From Octopus vulgaris (taxonomy: Eukaryota): 64,000 nt of DNA. A model generated the notes under the pieces. That model had not been told where the DNA came from and did no database searches. It saw nothing but the letters and a program-made list of their open reading frames with translations. Location: assembly GCA_951406725.2 (NCBI GenBank), contig OX597830.1, positions 74,276,001 through 74,340,000 of the forward strand. Reading direction: 5' to 3'. Every line of letters starts with the position of its first letter. Position 1 is the first letter of the stretch. A program made the translations under genes and the position numbers. Shown here in pieces: positions 11,918-27,475 of this stretch.

Positions 11918-12866
11918 TATTTATTTATATAATTGCTGTTTGTTTATAGTTGTGTTTTTGTTTGTTTGTCTGATTGAGTGTTTGTCTGATTTATTTTTTA
12001 TTATTTATTGTATATATCATTAGTATTATCATTACCCTTATTATTATTATTATTGTTATTATTATTATTATCATTTTTATTATTATCATTATTATTGTTA
12101 TTATTATGTTTATTATTATTATTGTTTAGTTTTTTTTTATATCTGAATCGTACGAGAAATTCCATAATTTTGTACGATAATGAAATATTGTTCCGTTACC
12201 GGAAGTTAGACACTCAACTGTTTAAAAGACAACAACAGCTACAAAACAAACTAAGGTGGTAGTGGTGGTGGTGGTCTCGGTGATGGTGGTGGTGGTGGTG
12301 GTGGTGGTGGTGGTGGTGTTGAGGGTGGAGGGAAAATTAAAACCACATAAAGTAAAGCAAAGAAAAATAAAAAGTAAAAACAAGCAAAGATAAAAAACAA
12401 ATAAAACAAGACAAAAATAAAACAAACGAGACAAGAACAAAAACAAAAAGAAAAAGAAAAAAATTATAGTACAAAAACACTAGAAAAACACCACGAAAAC
12501 ACAAAGAAAAAACCGAGGCTAGTGATCAGACAATCAGCAAGCATTTAGTGTTAATCTAGTGACTTACACAACATCGTCTCTATAAACTTGCTATTTATTA
12601 ACCATTTCATTATTTTTAGCCGGAAACATTCACTCTCTTCGTTATATATTTGTTTATTTTGTTGCATTTATATATTTCTTTAGTTAGTTATTTAGTTATT
12701 CAGTCAGTTTACTTAGGTTGGGGTTTTTTTCTTGTGTTTGTGTTGTATTTCTTATGGTTGTTTATTGTTTTTTGTGTATGTGTTGTGTTTGTGTGTGAAT
12801 CTTACATTCTTGTTGCTAGTATTAAATCTTTTTGTTGTTCACATCAATACCTTTGTTATAATGTTA

Positions 12867-12928
<62 letters not shown>

Positions 12929-12976
12929 TGTTATTATTATTATTATTATTACTATTATTACCATTATTATTATTAA

Positions 12977-13040
<64 letters not shown>

Positions 13041-13189
13041 GTGATGCTGCTATTTTATTTTATTTATTTTTAAAAATTTCATATTAATGCTGTGTACACA
13101 CACTCACACACATGCGAAGACACGTGTAGGTGTATGTGTGTTATTTTATGTTTATGTACATGTATATGAATACACACACACACACACAT

Positions 13190-13261
<72 letters not shown>

Positions 13262-14227
13262 TATATAGACACTCACAAACTCATATATCTGCATGTATGT
13301 ATTCATAGCTTTTAATTTTATTTCGTATTATCATTCCATTATATTATATTGTGTTAGAAATCATTATCCTATATTATTTTATATTATATTACATATATTG
13401 TATTATAGCATATTATAGTACATTATATATTAGATCATATTATATTATAGCATATGATAACACATTATATTATATTTATATTTCACTAGACTATATCATA
13501 TTATAATACGGAGAATACGATATTGTATTATATTATACTGTATATTATATTAATATTATATCCGTTAAAAGGCTGCACATTAATCAATTATTGTTATACT
13601 TGAAAAAAATCTCTTTCTTTACTTTGCACCAATAACAAAGTAATTGACCACAAATAACCATATTGATTTCTAATTTAGGCATAAATTTGTGTTGATGAGA
13701 ACGGTCAATTAAATATGAAGCCTATTATGTTTCTAATACTTAATTTTTTTCAAACCCATAAAGCAATATCAGCTAGGTCGACCTCAGTGAGGGTTGAATT
13801 TAAATAGGGAATAGCTCAATAACGCAAGGAATTTCATATGATACTCTAACGATTTTGCCTATCCACCTCCTTGATCATAGCCGGATATATTATTGTAACT
13901 GTGTGTGGAGGAGAAATTAGATCTGTTAATTAAACACAATCAACATGGAAATAATTAATTGAGAAAGAGAGAGTGAGAAAGGAAGAGAGACAGAAAGAGA
14001 CACACAGGTAGAGAAAGTGAGAAAAGGGGCCAGAGTGTACGAGATAGAAACAATGAACTTACAGAGAATTTTGGGCAATGGATTCCAACGTTATGCTACC
14101 TCCTTATGTTTCATGTAGGTGACACTTCGTAGGGGGAATAAAAAATCTTGAAAAATCTACCTTATAAGCAATAAATCGTATTAGTCGACGATTAATATCA
14201 TCTACTGCCTATTCCTTGCTAAGGAAT

Positions 14228-14415
14228 AGTTCAACAGAGGCAATAACGCAACGGGAAGTGCGAGGAATATTGATGGAGCATATGGGGATCAGACAAGAAG
14301 CGTAAGCTAGTGTCAACAGTGTTTCCACAAATTCCGAGCCAGGAACTACAGCCTGGAAGACGAGCATCCTCCTGGAAGATCTGTAGAGATCGACGGGCAC
14401 GTCCTGCAAACCCTG
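14228..14415 (+). mobile_element. Mariner transposase N-terminal fragment (duplicate of about 14998-15185)
   Basis: Encodes FNRGNNATGSARNIDGAYG..FHKFRARNYSLEDEHPPGR, a mariner HTH region. Confidence 0.8.
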
Positions 14416-14779
14416 GAGTTCTCAACTCTGTTCAGAACTATTGTGCTACAGTATCGGTTGGTAAGTGTAGTGTTATTTCTTCCAGTTCTCAAGGGTTTGA
14501 GTTCGAAATTTGGCGAGGCCAATTTAAATTTGCAGCATTTCGAGACCTTTTCAAAATGATATGAAAAATAACAGTCCTAGAAACACGTAGAAATACAGTT
14601 TGGTCATTACTGGAGTACCTTTCTTATAGGTTAACTTAAGGGTAAAAACAACAGCAACAAAGATACAACAGACGGACGAAAGATACAACGAGTTGGGCCT
14701 AGCGGCAGTGGATTAGGTTAACTATATATGTTCTCTGATACTGCCTGCCCTTTTGACCTACGAATAGTGTAGAAGTATA

Positions 14780-16308
14780 TAGGGCCGTTCCATGAATAAT
14801 GCGGGTTTTTCAATTGCATGAGCTAAAAGAGGGTTATGATAAACTACCTGCGTCAACTTGCTATAAAAGCAGGTAGTAATTTTACCTTGTCCTTATTTTT
14901 AGTGCAAGTTTTGAAGAGTGCAGTTCTATTTTAACAGTTATTTTCAAAGCTATAATGGAAGTAACAAAGGAACACATTTAGCATATTTCGCTTAATGAGT
15001 TCAATAAAGGCAATAACGCAACGGGAAGTGCGAGGAATATTGATGGAGCATATGGGGATCAGACAAGAAGTGTAAGCCTGTGTCAACGGAGGTTCCAAAA
15101 ATCCCGAGCCAGAAACTACAGCCTGGAAGACGAGCATCCTCCTGGGAGATCTGTAGAGGTCGACGGGGACGTGCTGCAAACCCTGATGAAAAAAATCTTA
15201 CCGTAACTGTTGAGGAACTAGCAAAGAAGATTGGATTTGGTCATTCACCCATTCATTGACCCCTACGTTCCAAGTCGGCAAATTGGATCAATAGTTTCCT
15301 CACAAACTTCTCGAGTCTTACCGCGCGCAGAGATGAATGCGTGCTATTCTTTGCTGCCGTGTCTCACGAATTAACCTTTTTTGGACCGAATAGTGATTAG
15401 TGACGAGAAATAGATTCCCTATAAAATTGTTAAGCGCCCAAGAAAGTGGGTAGGGAAAGGAGAAACACCGACACCCCAGGCTAAAAATGGCCTTCACCCA
15501 CGTAAGGTGTTGTTATCTGTTTGGTGGGATACTCTCTTACTCTTTTTACTCTTTTACTTGTTTCAGTCATTTGACTGCGGCCATGCTGGAGCACCACCTT
15601 TAGTCGAGCAAATCGACCCCGGGACTTATTCTTTGTAAGCCCAGTACGTATTCTATCGGTCTCTTTTGCCGAACCGCTAGGTGACGGGGACGTAAACATA
15701 CCAGAATCGGTTGTCAAGCAATGCTAGGGGGACAAACACAGACACACAAACATATACACACACACTTATATATATATACATATATACGACAGGCTTCTTT
15801 CAGTTTCCGTCTACCAAATCCACTCACAAGGCATTGGTCGGTCCGGGGCTATAGCAGAAGACACTTGCCCAAGATGCCACGCAGTGGGACTGAACCCGGA
15901 ACCATGTGGTTGGTTAGCAAGCTACTTCCCACACAACCACATGTTTAATCCACTTTGAACTTTTTAAACCCAAACTAAACGAAAACAAAGAAGATCTACT
16001 GCGAGCTGCTTTTGGCGGTTTAACTCAGAGCTAGAAGAAAAACGACCATCTTTGGTTTCAAGACATAAGGGGTTCCTCCTTCAGGATAATGCTAGGCCAC
16101 ATACAGTGTGGATGACATTCTAAAGGGTGGAGCAGTTTGAATAGGAAATGATGCCCCCCCCCCCCCACCACCAACACCATATTCGCCGGATATTGCACCA
16201 TAAGATCATCATATGAATTCTGTAGACGAGGTCAGAAGAGTACTGGAGTATTTTCCGTTACGGACAAGTGAATTTTGGAGCAGGGCCCTTGCAAGTCTAC
16301 CATGTAGA
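14780..16308 (+). mobile_element. Decayed mariner DNA transposon, interrupted by a SINE
   Basis: ATG at 14955 gives MEVTKEHI*HI..EFNKGNNA. Later motifs are FLDRIVISDEK, LHPRKVLLSVWWD, LLQDNARPHT and PPYSPDIAP*D (mariner YSPDLAP). Stops and frameshifts are present. Confidence 0.9.
15530..15941 (-). mobile_element. SINE family A inserted in the mariner
   Basis: Near-complete family A sequence placed directly after the SVWWD codons. Confidence 0.9.
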
Positions 16309-16449
16309 CTACTACTACTACTACTACTACTAATACTACTTCTACTACTACTACTACTACTGATGATGATGATGATGATAATGATAAATAAAAATGATAA
16401 TAATGATAATGATATTATTATTATAATTATTATTATTATTATTATTATT

Positions 16450-16513
<64 letters not shown>

Positions 16514-16599
16514 TATAAAAATAACTTCAATTTTTATCCACTGGGGCATGAATATGGGGACATTACAATGATAGTAAAACAATTTATTCTGAGAAGGAT

Positions 16600-17330
16600 G
16601 AAACGCGATAGACTCGACAAGGGCCAATTGAGGAATCCCACGGATGCAGGATTGCTCTGATCACCAATCGAGCTTGCTCGCAGCTCCTGCTCTCTAATCA
16701 ATAGGTGCTTGTTTAGAGTAGAGCTATTGACTCAGCACATTTTTGCCACATTCTCACGTATTTCTTCACTGGGAGATAGCACTTCCCTTCAACCCTCACT
16801 TTCATTTTCGATTAGAACGTAATAAATTCGATGCGGGCTTGACCGAAACGGAAGTGTCTTTCATTAATCCTCTCAGGTCTCTTTTTCGTCATGGCCATCA
16901 GACAGGAGAAATGCGCCTACTCTGCCTTCTTAAATGCGGGTGGAGAACGATGGATTCGGCCGAAGTTGGATAACAGCTCTTCAACATAACTCTGCAAGTC
17001 AACAATACTCAGAGCCTGCACGGCTGGATAATCCTTATTGCATTGTGGATAATATTTATTGCCAGCGCTTCGGTGTCTCATTATGAGAATAGTAACAACG
17101 CGTGCATTGATTGAAGTCACAAGCTCGATCTGCACAGAACGGTGAGTTTTTCCTTGAATAGATAGAGGTGCTGTGGAGATGGGAGTCTTGCATAGGTAAT
17201 TGATAATCTTTTTCAAAATATCTCACCTCCTCGTACATATGCATGTATCAAGCAACATTAATGAGCTGAAGTTCCATAGATCAATCCTATTTCGTCAGGA
17301 GAATTAAAAGGTAATCTGACAATTCTGAAA
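16600..17330 (-). mobile_element. Possible LINE (L1/Tx1-like) ORF2 C-terminal relic
   Basis: A complex island of higher GC. Minus translations include YYPQCNKD.., FSCLMAMTK and KMKVRVE, resembling C-termini of Tx1-type ORF2. No catalytic motif was seen. Confidence 0.4.
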
Positions 17331-17744
17331 TAAAATATACCGCCTTAGGGACTTAAAATCTATATTTCGTACTTAGGCATAAAATCACATTCACGCATCC
17401 AAGCAAGAGAGATGGAATTTGACTACACCAAATGAACTGCTAGAAATAGCAGCATGATTACACCAAGGAAAAGAAGCAGGAGTAAAATAGCAAGACTACT
17501 AGCCTGCATTAAAGAAGCAATGGACACACACGCACACACTCATTATATATGCATATATGCATATATATAGAAAGAGACGCATGTATGCATATATATAGAG
17601 AGAGACGCATGTATGCATATATATATATATATATATATACGCATTTATTCATATATAAATATATATGTACTGATATATATATGCATATATACCAATACCT
17701 ATATATACATACATACATACATCTCTCTCTCTCTCTCTCTCTCT

Positions 17745-17792
<48 letters not shown>

Positions 17793-18155
17793 TATACATA
17801 TATATATATAAAACTAGTGTCATTCACCTTTGATTTGTATTTTCTCACTACATGGATACAGATATATTCTATCGAAAGTGTACATTTACTTATAATAATA
17901 TGTATCTAATTTTCTTTATGTGTATATAAACATACAAATACATTCTATGGACAAACTAAGCGCAAATATATGCAGAGAAATATACCCCCCTGCACACATT
18001 CTAGATCACACCCACATATATTATATATATTCAACCAGAAACCCACATACTCACGCGAAAACACATGAATGTATACAACTGTGCATACATACACATATAC
18101 ATATATGCATAAATGAAAATACATGTATGTGATTTATATATATATATATATATGT

Positions 18156-18224
<69 letters not shown>

Positions 18225-18416
18225 TGTGTGTCTGTGCTTGTCTATCTTAATAGACATTCGGATGGCTCATTCTGCAAATAAATGGGAGTCCAGTAACGAT
18301 AGGTGAATGACATTCGATATGATGATGATAATTTAGGTAGTTACATAGTATTATTCAATTTTATTTCTGATATATACAAATATATATAAATATATAAACA
18401 TCTATCTATCTATCTA

Positions 18417-18511
<95 letters not shown>

Positions 18512-18665
18512 ATATGTATATAACTATGTATGTATATAACTGAGAGAATAAATGGTTTGCTTGTATTATAAAGACATGTAGGAGATGCCGATGAGGTTTC
18601 AAGCATATATGCATGAATATGTCTGATTCTGTGTATATATGATTATATTTATACAAATCAGTGTG

Positions 18666-18708
<43 letters not shown>

Positions 18709-18983
18709 ACATGATCATATATATGTTCGTATATATATATATATATTTACTGATATATGTATATGATCATATATACGTATATATATATATATCAAGAGAG
18801 AGAGAGAGAGAGAGAAACAGACATAAAGAGGGAGAGATAGATATGAAGATAGATACATATACTTACACACACATATACACTAATATATATATATATATAT
18901 CAAGAGAGAGAGAGAGAGAAACAGACATACAGAGGGAGAGATAGATATGAAGATAGATACATATACGTACACACACATAAACA

Positions 18984-19035
<52 letters not shown>

Positions 19036-19294
19036 TGTATACGCTTATGTATTTATTTGCAAGATTCTCGATGTGGAAATGTGTATTGAAATAGATACTG
19101 GTATACATGGGGATGGTTATCATACATTAATATTGCTGCATTGTTAAAAATAATAATACAGCTAAAGTGAGGATAAAACAAATAGTGCGTGTGCTTAATT
19201 GACAAATGAAGACCATCTGCAAATATAAAAACATACACATACACACTCTCTCTCTCACCCACACGCACACGCATATATACACACACATACACAA

Positions 19295-19359
<65 letters not shown>

Positions 19360-20059
19360 CAAATATATATATATATACATACATATTAGTATACACAACC
19401 ACATACATAAATCTACGCTTATATTGATGCATGGGCGCATATTTTCAAGGCTGAATATGTGCAGAAGAAAGGCGAATGTCACAATGTAAACGCAAGAAAG
19501 TGTTTTAGGACTTCATTCTTGCACACACGCACACACACATGCAAACACACACGTACGCACACACACACACACTCGCACACACATATTAAACATTTTAAAA
19601 AATATTGCTTTTTGCATTGCACTGGCGTCTTTCAAATTTTAAAAAATATTTACTTCCGGTTTTCTAGCGTCAGTGACCTAACATATGTTTCTATGTATAT
19701 CTCTTTATCATCGCTCTTGGTCTATCTTTATCTCTCTGTAACACATCTCTCTAAATCCAGTCTAAATCTAGCTATGTGGAGTCCAACTACTCCATATTGA
19801 TAGGGGTAAATACCACGAAAAAATTCTGTGAATATCAAAATCAGCAAGAGGAAGCAGCTGACCTCCACTGTTCGAAGGTTATAATGGACACATGTTTGTG
19901 TGTAACATAGCTAGCTAGAGGCAATGGCCTCTTGGAGATAATCAACTGCATCATTCGTCCTATTTTCCTGGATTGCCATGTTAGCTTGGCGATAACTATT
20001 AATATCCAGTACCGCTGCCGTAGTTACCTTCAGAGAGGTTTAGAAATATCAATATTTCC

Positions 20060-20096
<37 letters not shown>

Positions 20097-20106
20097 TATA
20101 CACATA

Positions 20107-21280
20107 TACTATACATTAAAGACCCGTCGTTGCCGGGTCATAGTGCTAGTGCATGTATATATATATATGTATTATATGTGTACATATTACATGAACTTCT
20201 ATATATATACATCTACACATAAAATACAAAATACAAAGTTATATCTTGTTATCGCTAGTGATAACAATACTCAAAATATATAACAGACTGGAATTGTAAG
20301 CCTGTCTCTTGTAATTTCGATCAATTGTATCTTGTTCTCCCTCTTGTATAGAAGTGTGGCTACAATCCAGCCTACCTCTACTTCTGGTGGGAGGAGGGGG
20401 GGCATTAAAAAATTTTTTTCGGGACGTCCTACTTCCCAGATATTAAGGTAAAAATAAAATATTTACACTTTTGAAGTTCAAGTCGAGTACTCCCTTGCAC
20501 GCTCCGTTGACTCGAACCTTGCTTCTATTGTGGCGAATTTACCGCCTCTGATTAGATACCTTTCATTGTCGCACCAAGACACTTTTCGAAGGTGCTTTCC
20601 TCCATGTGTTCAAATCTTACTTTTTTCTCTACATTGTATACTTTATAGACAATAGTCTTTTCTTTAATTTAATTTTTTATTATCCATCTGGACTATTCCA
20701 TTTCTGCACGCTAATTTTATTTTTAATTTATTCCAATTCATGTGAAACCACTTATTCAAGTTCAAATCATTGATGCAATTTTATACCAATTGCTATTTTT
20801 ACTATTGTTATGTTACTTTAGTTTTATTTTAATTATTACTTACTACATACAATTCAATTGTTATTATCATTTTTATTGTTAAAGTGAAAGAATCTGACAT
20901 AAAATAGAGAAACGCATTTGTTTCACTTTTAACACGTAATACTGAAATAGTGGAGAAGATATGATATTGCTATGGGCTCGCTCTAGGCAAGAAGTTGAAC
21001 ATTTTTGCCCATGAAACTACATGGACCCTAAGTAAGGCATGTGTAAAATTTGAATGGAATTGGTTGTGTAGTTCTCAAGTTTTAGGGAATCGTAGAGGAG
21101 AAGATATGATATTGCTGTGGGCTCGCCCTAGGCAAAAAGTTCAAAATCTTTTTTGCCGATAACACTCCCCGGACCCTAAGTAAGGCATGTGTAAAATTTG
21201 AATGAAATTGGCTGTGTAGTTCTCAAGTTTTAGGGAAACACACAGACAGACACACATTCTCAGTTTTATATATATAAAGA
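20107..21280 (-). mobile_element. Non-autonomous Helitron-like element
   Basis: The minus strand starts TCTTTATATATATAAAACTGAG (5'-TC). The other end has hairpin GACCCG-TCGTTGC-CGGGTC with CTAGT nearby (20121-20150). An internal 145-bp tandem duplication starts at 20952 and 21097. Confidence 0.65.
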
Positions 21281-21281
21281 T

Positions 21282-21480
21282 ATAGTTGAAATTTACAGAA
21301 AGACAAAAGACGAAGACATGTGTATGAAGAACAAGCAAGTGTATTAGCTTGACCCTCGAGAGAAATGAAAAAGTGTTTTACGTTTGGAGTATAAGATCTT
21401 AAGCAGAAAGGAGAAGAGAAAATAAACAGAGAGAGAGAATGGGAAAAAATTATAGATTTCAGCCGACACACATAGAAGAA
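21282..21480 (-). mobile_element. Family D repeat, degenerate
   Basis: AAAAGACGAAGACA..GTGTATTAG..GTTTTACGTTT, homologous to 46720-46925. Confidence 0.6.
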
Positions 21481-22174
21481 TGTGGATTAAGATGATGACG
21501 AATATAGATTAAGATGATGATGATGATGACGACGACGATGACGATAATGATGATGATGATCATTATCATGATAACAATGGGGAGAGGTGTTGTACTGGTT
21601 TAAGTGTTAATTGGTTATAATGGAGGAAGAGGAGAGAAGAGGAGTGGGCCATGACTCCTCCGACGACAAAATACGTTGATGATAATAATATTGATAACTG
21701 TGGTTTATTGTGAATGCACTAAAGTTTTCTCAAAATTGCCTCAAATTATGAAATGGTCACGGTCGTTTATACAACCATGGAATACGTAATTTGAATATCA
21801 TCATCGTCATCGTCGTCGTCGTCATCATCATCATCATCATTACTGTCATCATAACGATAATCAATATTCCTAATGTTTTAATATCAGATTATAGCATTAC
21901 AAATGACAGCCGTTGAGGTGTCTTTTTGCAAATAGGAAGGAGGACACAAAGTTTCGGCAATAAGAGTGCAATAAAATTGCCTGTAAAGAAAGAATTGTTT
22001 GTGTCTAATACATTAGTGTGTTTGTATGCATATATGTATATGGAAATATATTTGTGTGTATGTGCATTGAAGCGTGTATATATATCAATGAATATGCCTA
22101 GAATTACGTACATATATATATATGTCCATGAATACACACATATATGTACATACATACATACACTAGCACAATCA

Positions 22175-22210
<36 letters not shown>

Positions 22211-22622
22211 TGTATGAATGTATGTATGTATGTATGTATGTATGTATGTATGTATGTATGTATGTATGAGTGTATGAATGTATGCATGTATGCATGCATG
22301 CATGCATGCATGTATGTATGTATGTATGTATGTATATATGTATATATGTATGTATATACAAGATGAAGGTGGAAATAGCACAGAAGAAGTCTCAGATATT
22401 TCATTTTAAGCGGGAATTTAATAAAAGTGATTTTAAAATTATAATAGAGAAAATATTACCCGTTTCGGTGTAGCTAATCTTATCAAATATCAGGAAAAAA
22501 TTTATAAAAACTTGAAGTAAAAGCAGTTTCTCTTCTCTCTGGTGGAGTCAATAACATGTATGTATGTATGTATGTATGTATGTATGTATGTATGTATGTA
22601 TGTATGTATGTATGTATGTATG

Positions 22623-22666
<44 letters not shown>

Positions 22667-22785
22667 TATATATATATATATTGGTAAAAACAGTAAGATA
22701 ACAAAAGAAAGAAAGAGAACTTAATATTATGTAAATAGAGGAAATTTATCTGTAAAATAATATGTGACAATTATTCGGTAGCCAA

Positions 22786-22846
22786 GATAAAACTCTGAGT
22801 TTCGGATGCCGAGGTGGAAATCCACAACACCATCTCTTTTGTTATC
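22786..22846 (-). ncRNA. Decayed hammerhead ribozyme
   Basis: Minus strand: GATAA-CAAAAGA-GATGGTG..GGCATCC-GAAA-CTCAGAG-TT^TTATC. Helices I-III are retained but CUGA is mutated to CAAA. Confidence 0.55.
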
Positions 22847-23046
22847 GGGCCATCTCTTTATAAATGTATATATTTGAGAGTGTTTGAACAAACGATGAAC
22901 GAAGCCTTAAACACATTTGGTTCGAGTTATATACAATATTATTTAAAGCAGTTGAAATCGGCCTGCTCGTTGGAGGAACTTGGGAAACTTTACATTGCAT
23001 AGGACAGGATCAATATGTTTTGAAATAATATTAGTAATATTGACAA

Positions 23047-23108
<62 letters not shown>

Positions 23109-23259
23109 ATACTACTTCTACTACTACTACCACCACCACCACCACTACTACTAATGCTACTACTACTACTACAACTACTATTACTACTACTAATAATAAT
23201 AATCACAATAATAATGATGATAACAATAACAATAATAATAAGAATAATAATAAGAATAA

Positions 23260-23312
<53 letters not shown>

Positions 23313-23912
23313 TAATAATAATAGTATATGTATATGTATATGTATATATATATGTGCGTGTGTGTTGGTGTGTAATGTGTATATATGTATACACATTACA
23401 CATATATATGCAATGTGTATACAGACATGTATATATATATATATATATATATAAATACGTTTATATATATATATATGTATATACATATACATACACACAG
23501 AAATATTTATCAATGTGGTTGTTATTAAGAAGAATGAAAGTTATTTGGTTTAAAATATGAATAAATTAGAAATGTAACACTTAAGTCAGTACAACCTACA
23601 TACAGTAACATATATACACGATACACAGACACAATTATCCACAAACAAATGGTCATACGCTCAACCATACACCTTCATCCAGTATCACGCACGCACACAT
23701 ACACACATACAATTATAATATCGAAAACTTACTTTATAAACTCATATGCCTCATTTCTAACAGATTGCCATTCTATGGATTGTGTATTCATTAATTTCTT
23801 CAATTATTTATTCTTAATAATTATACACATACGTTGTTTGCAAAAATAGCCACCCTCATACACACATATATGCATTTACATATTTAAACGTGCATTCATT
23901 TATATACGTTTA

Positions 23913-23965
<53 letters not shown>

Positions 23966-24642
23966 TATATATTGACATACATTTGATGTACAAATTTACA
24001 TACATATATATGTGTATATACATATATATATATACAAATATCTCTGCATACATATATAATATATATATGTATGTGTGTATGTACGCATGTATATTTATAT
24101 ATCTACATATATATATAAATGTATTTATATATATACATATATAAATACATAGATATATATATATATAGATACATATATAAATATGTATTTATATATGTAT
24201 GTATGTTGATATACATATATATGTAAAGATATATACATATATATATATATATGTTATATGAATGTATATATATACATATGCATACAATAAAACAGACAAA
24301 CAGACAAACACATACGCACGCACACACACGCACATATACGTAAAGGGTATGTAAATATATATTGAGCTACATGTGTATATGCTTCCATACTTACGAATAG
24401 GTGTGTGTGTGAATGGGTATATGCACACCTACATACATATATGTGTGTTTCTGTGTCTGTAATATAAATGCTTTTACATCCAGTTAAGTGTTTTTCTACA
24501 AATCTTACGTTTTTGATATTCTCACATATATTTTTCATTTAATACATTATTGCCTTTTAGTCTATCTCTTTCATGTCTAACTCAAAATTCGTGTCTCTGC
24601 CTGTGTACCTGTCGGTCTGTTTGTCTATCTACCTATCTATCC

Positions 24643-24689
<47 letters not shown>

Positions 24690-24820
24690 CATCCATATCT
24701 ATCTATCTATCTATATATCTATCACTCTCTCTCTCTCTCTATCTATCTATCTAGCTATCTATCTATCCATCTATCTATATATCTATCCATCCATCTATCT
24801 ATATATCTATATATCTATCA

Positions 24821-24851
<31 letters not shown>

Positions 24852-25041
24852 GCTATCTATCAATATATCTATCTACTTATCTATCTACCTATCATGTTCT
24901 CGTTTCATGTGTGTTATATCCATACATGTGTGTATGGTTGTTTACGTGCGTGTGGTGTATGTGTGTGTTTATGTGTGAATGAGTGTATATAAATAAAAAT
25001 GTATGTATCTCTTATGTGTAAAAATGTGAATACATGTATGC

Positions 25042-25098
<57 letters not shown>

Positions 25099-25109
25099 CA
25101 CAGACATCT

Positions 25110-25223
<114 letters not shown>

Positions 25224-25557
25224 GTATTTTTCTCTCGCTTTCACCCCGGATAGACACACACACACACACACACACACTTGTATTAGGTGTATGGATCTTG
25301 TACTCGCTCTCACCAGATTGATATTTAAATATTTTTAGTATTATTATTGGTATTTGAAGTAAACTATATGCATACATATAGAGAGGGATGTATACACAGA
25401 ATGCACAGATACATACATCCAACCTAATATACACAAATATATACACACATTCAACAGTCACCGCCTCATTCGGTCAGGCATTTACTCCCCACATTCACAC
25501 GCTTTGCCACACATACACACATACATACATACGTACGTACATACATACATACATACA

Positions 25558-25591
<34 letters not shown>

Positions 25592-25645
25592 CATACATAC
25601 ACACATATATACATACATACACATATATACATGTATATATGGATG

Positions 25646-25683
<38 letters not shown>

Positions 25684-25924
25684 CAAACATGCATGCATAT
25701 CTATGTATTTGAGCGTTAGTGTGTGTTTGCTTTTGAGCATATGCGCGGATTTGCGGGCTTGTATATGTATATTGGAGTGTATATTATTCATATGTTATAT
25801 CAATATAACTCGTAAGCGTAGATATGCATATACAGAACACACACATATGCGAACACATTTCTATTAATATCACTACCACGTATATTAATATTTTAACATT
25901 AATTTATCATTATTATTATTATCC

Positions 25925-25975
<51 letters not shown>

Positions 25976-26106
25976 GTGTTGATGTTGTTGTTTTTATTAC
26001 TATCATCATCATCATCGATGTTGTTGATATTATCATATGCGTCTGTATACATCCATATATTAATGAATATGTGTGTGTGCGTGGATGTATATATATATAT
26101 ATATAC

Positions 26107-26177
<71 letters not shown>

Positions 26178-27169
26178 TATAGAATGTTTACATACATAAA
26201 TGTATATGTATATATAAATAATATATATATGTATATAAATAAACATATATATATACGCATGCAATAATGCTAGTGTTATTATTAATAACATTTTTATCAC
26301 CATCATCACCACAATCATCATCATTTTCATTGACAGTGTTATTATTATTTAATTATTCATTTGAAAATTAATAACAAAAATATAAAAATTGATTTTTCTT
26401 TTTGAAACCACCCCAAAAAAGCTACTAATGTTTCCCCACTTTTTATACGATTTTAATAGCCAGAAACAATTATAAATCTATAGGCAAATTATGAAATTAT
26501 GCAAAATTCTACTTTTTCAAATGATACGTTTAAAAGATAAACTCACAAAATCGCAAAACAGTTACAACAAGAACAAACATTAATTTCTGCGTGTAGGTCT
26601 GTGTGAGTTTGAGTGTGTTTGTATGTGTATGTATGTATTTCTGTATTTGTGTATGTGTGTATGTGTGATTGCGTTTGCCTTAGTGGCGTTGGGGAGGAAG
26701 GGCCTATCATTGAATACATAAATATTAATATAGTATATGTTAGAAGGAGAGACTTTTCTGAAGTGAACAGCCAAACAGACATACAAAACCGAAAGTGACA
26801 CGCGTGAATACTCTTTAATGGGGAGGAGAGAAAGATAGAGAGAAAGCGATTGAGGGAGGGTTTGTGTGAGAAGCTGAGAAGGGGAGAAAGAGAGGTGGTG
26901 GAGAAAGAGAGAGAAAGGGAGGGAGAGAGAGGACGAGTGGGAGTCTGAGAGGCTGGCTGACAAAAGCCTGCTCTAGCACTTAAGTCAGAAAAACAATATA
27001 CATAACCATAGATAGAGACATACGGATATATATTACATAGAAACACAAGTATACACGCATGCGCCACACACTAAGAAAGCGTGTTCGCACACACACATAC
27101 ACACACACACATATGTATATATACTAAGGCATTTGTGTATATGTGTATATAAATGTATGTATGTATGTG

Positions 27170-27210
<41 letters not shown>

Positions 27211-27423
27211 GTACACACAAATATATATATACATATTTATATTTATATATGTATATTTGTGTGTGTGTGTGTATGTATATATGTATATATATATATATAT
27301 ATATTTATATATTTATCCATTTCAATATATATGAAAATATATACATATATAGGCACACGCACATGCATATCCACATACAGACACACACACGTACTCATAC
27401 ACACATTAATATATATGATTGCA

Positions 27424-27475
<52 letters not shown>

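Noticed and set aside
18760-18990. Short local tandem duplications (also about 3500-3700 and 36120-36260)
   Set aside because: Microsatellite-mediated slippage or assembly echo; no further structure.
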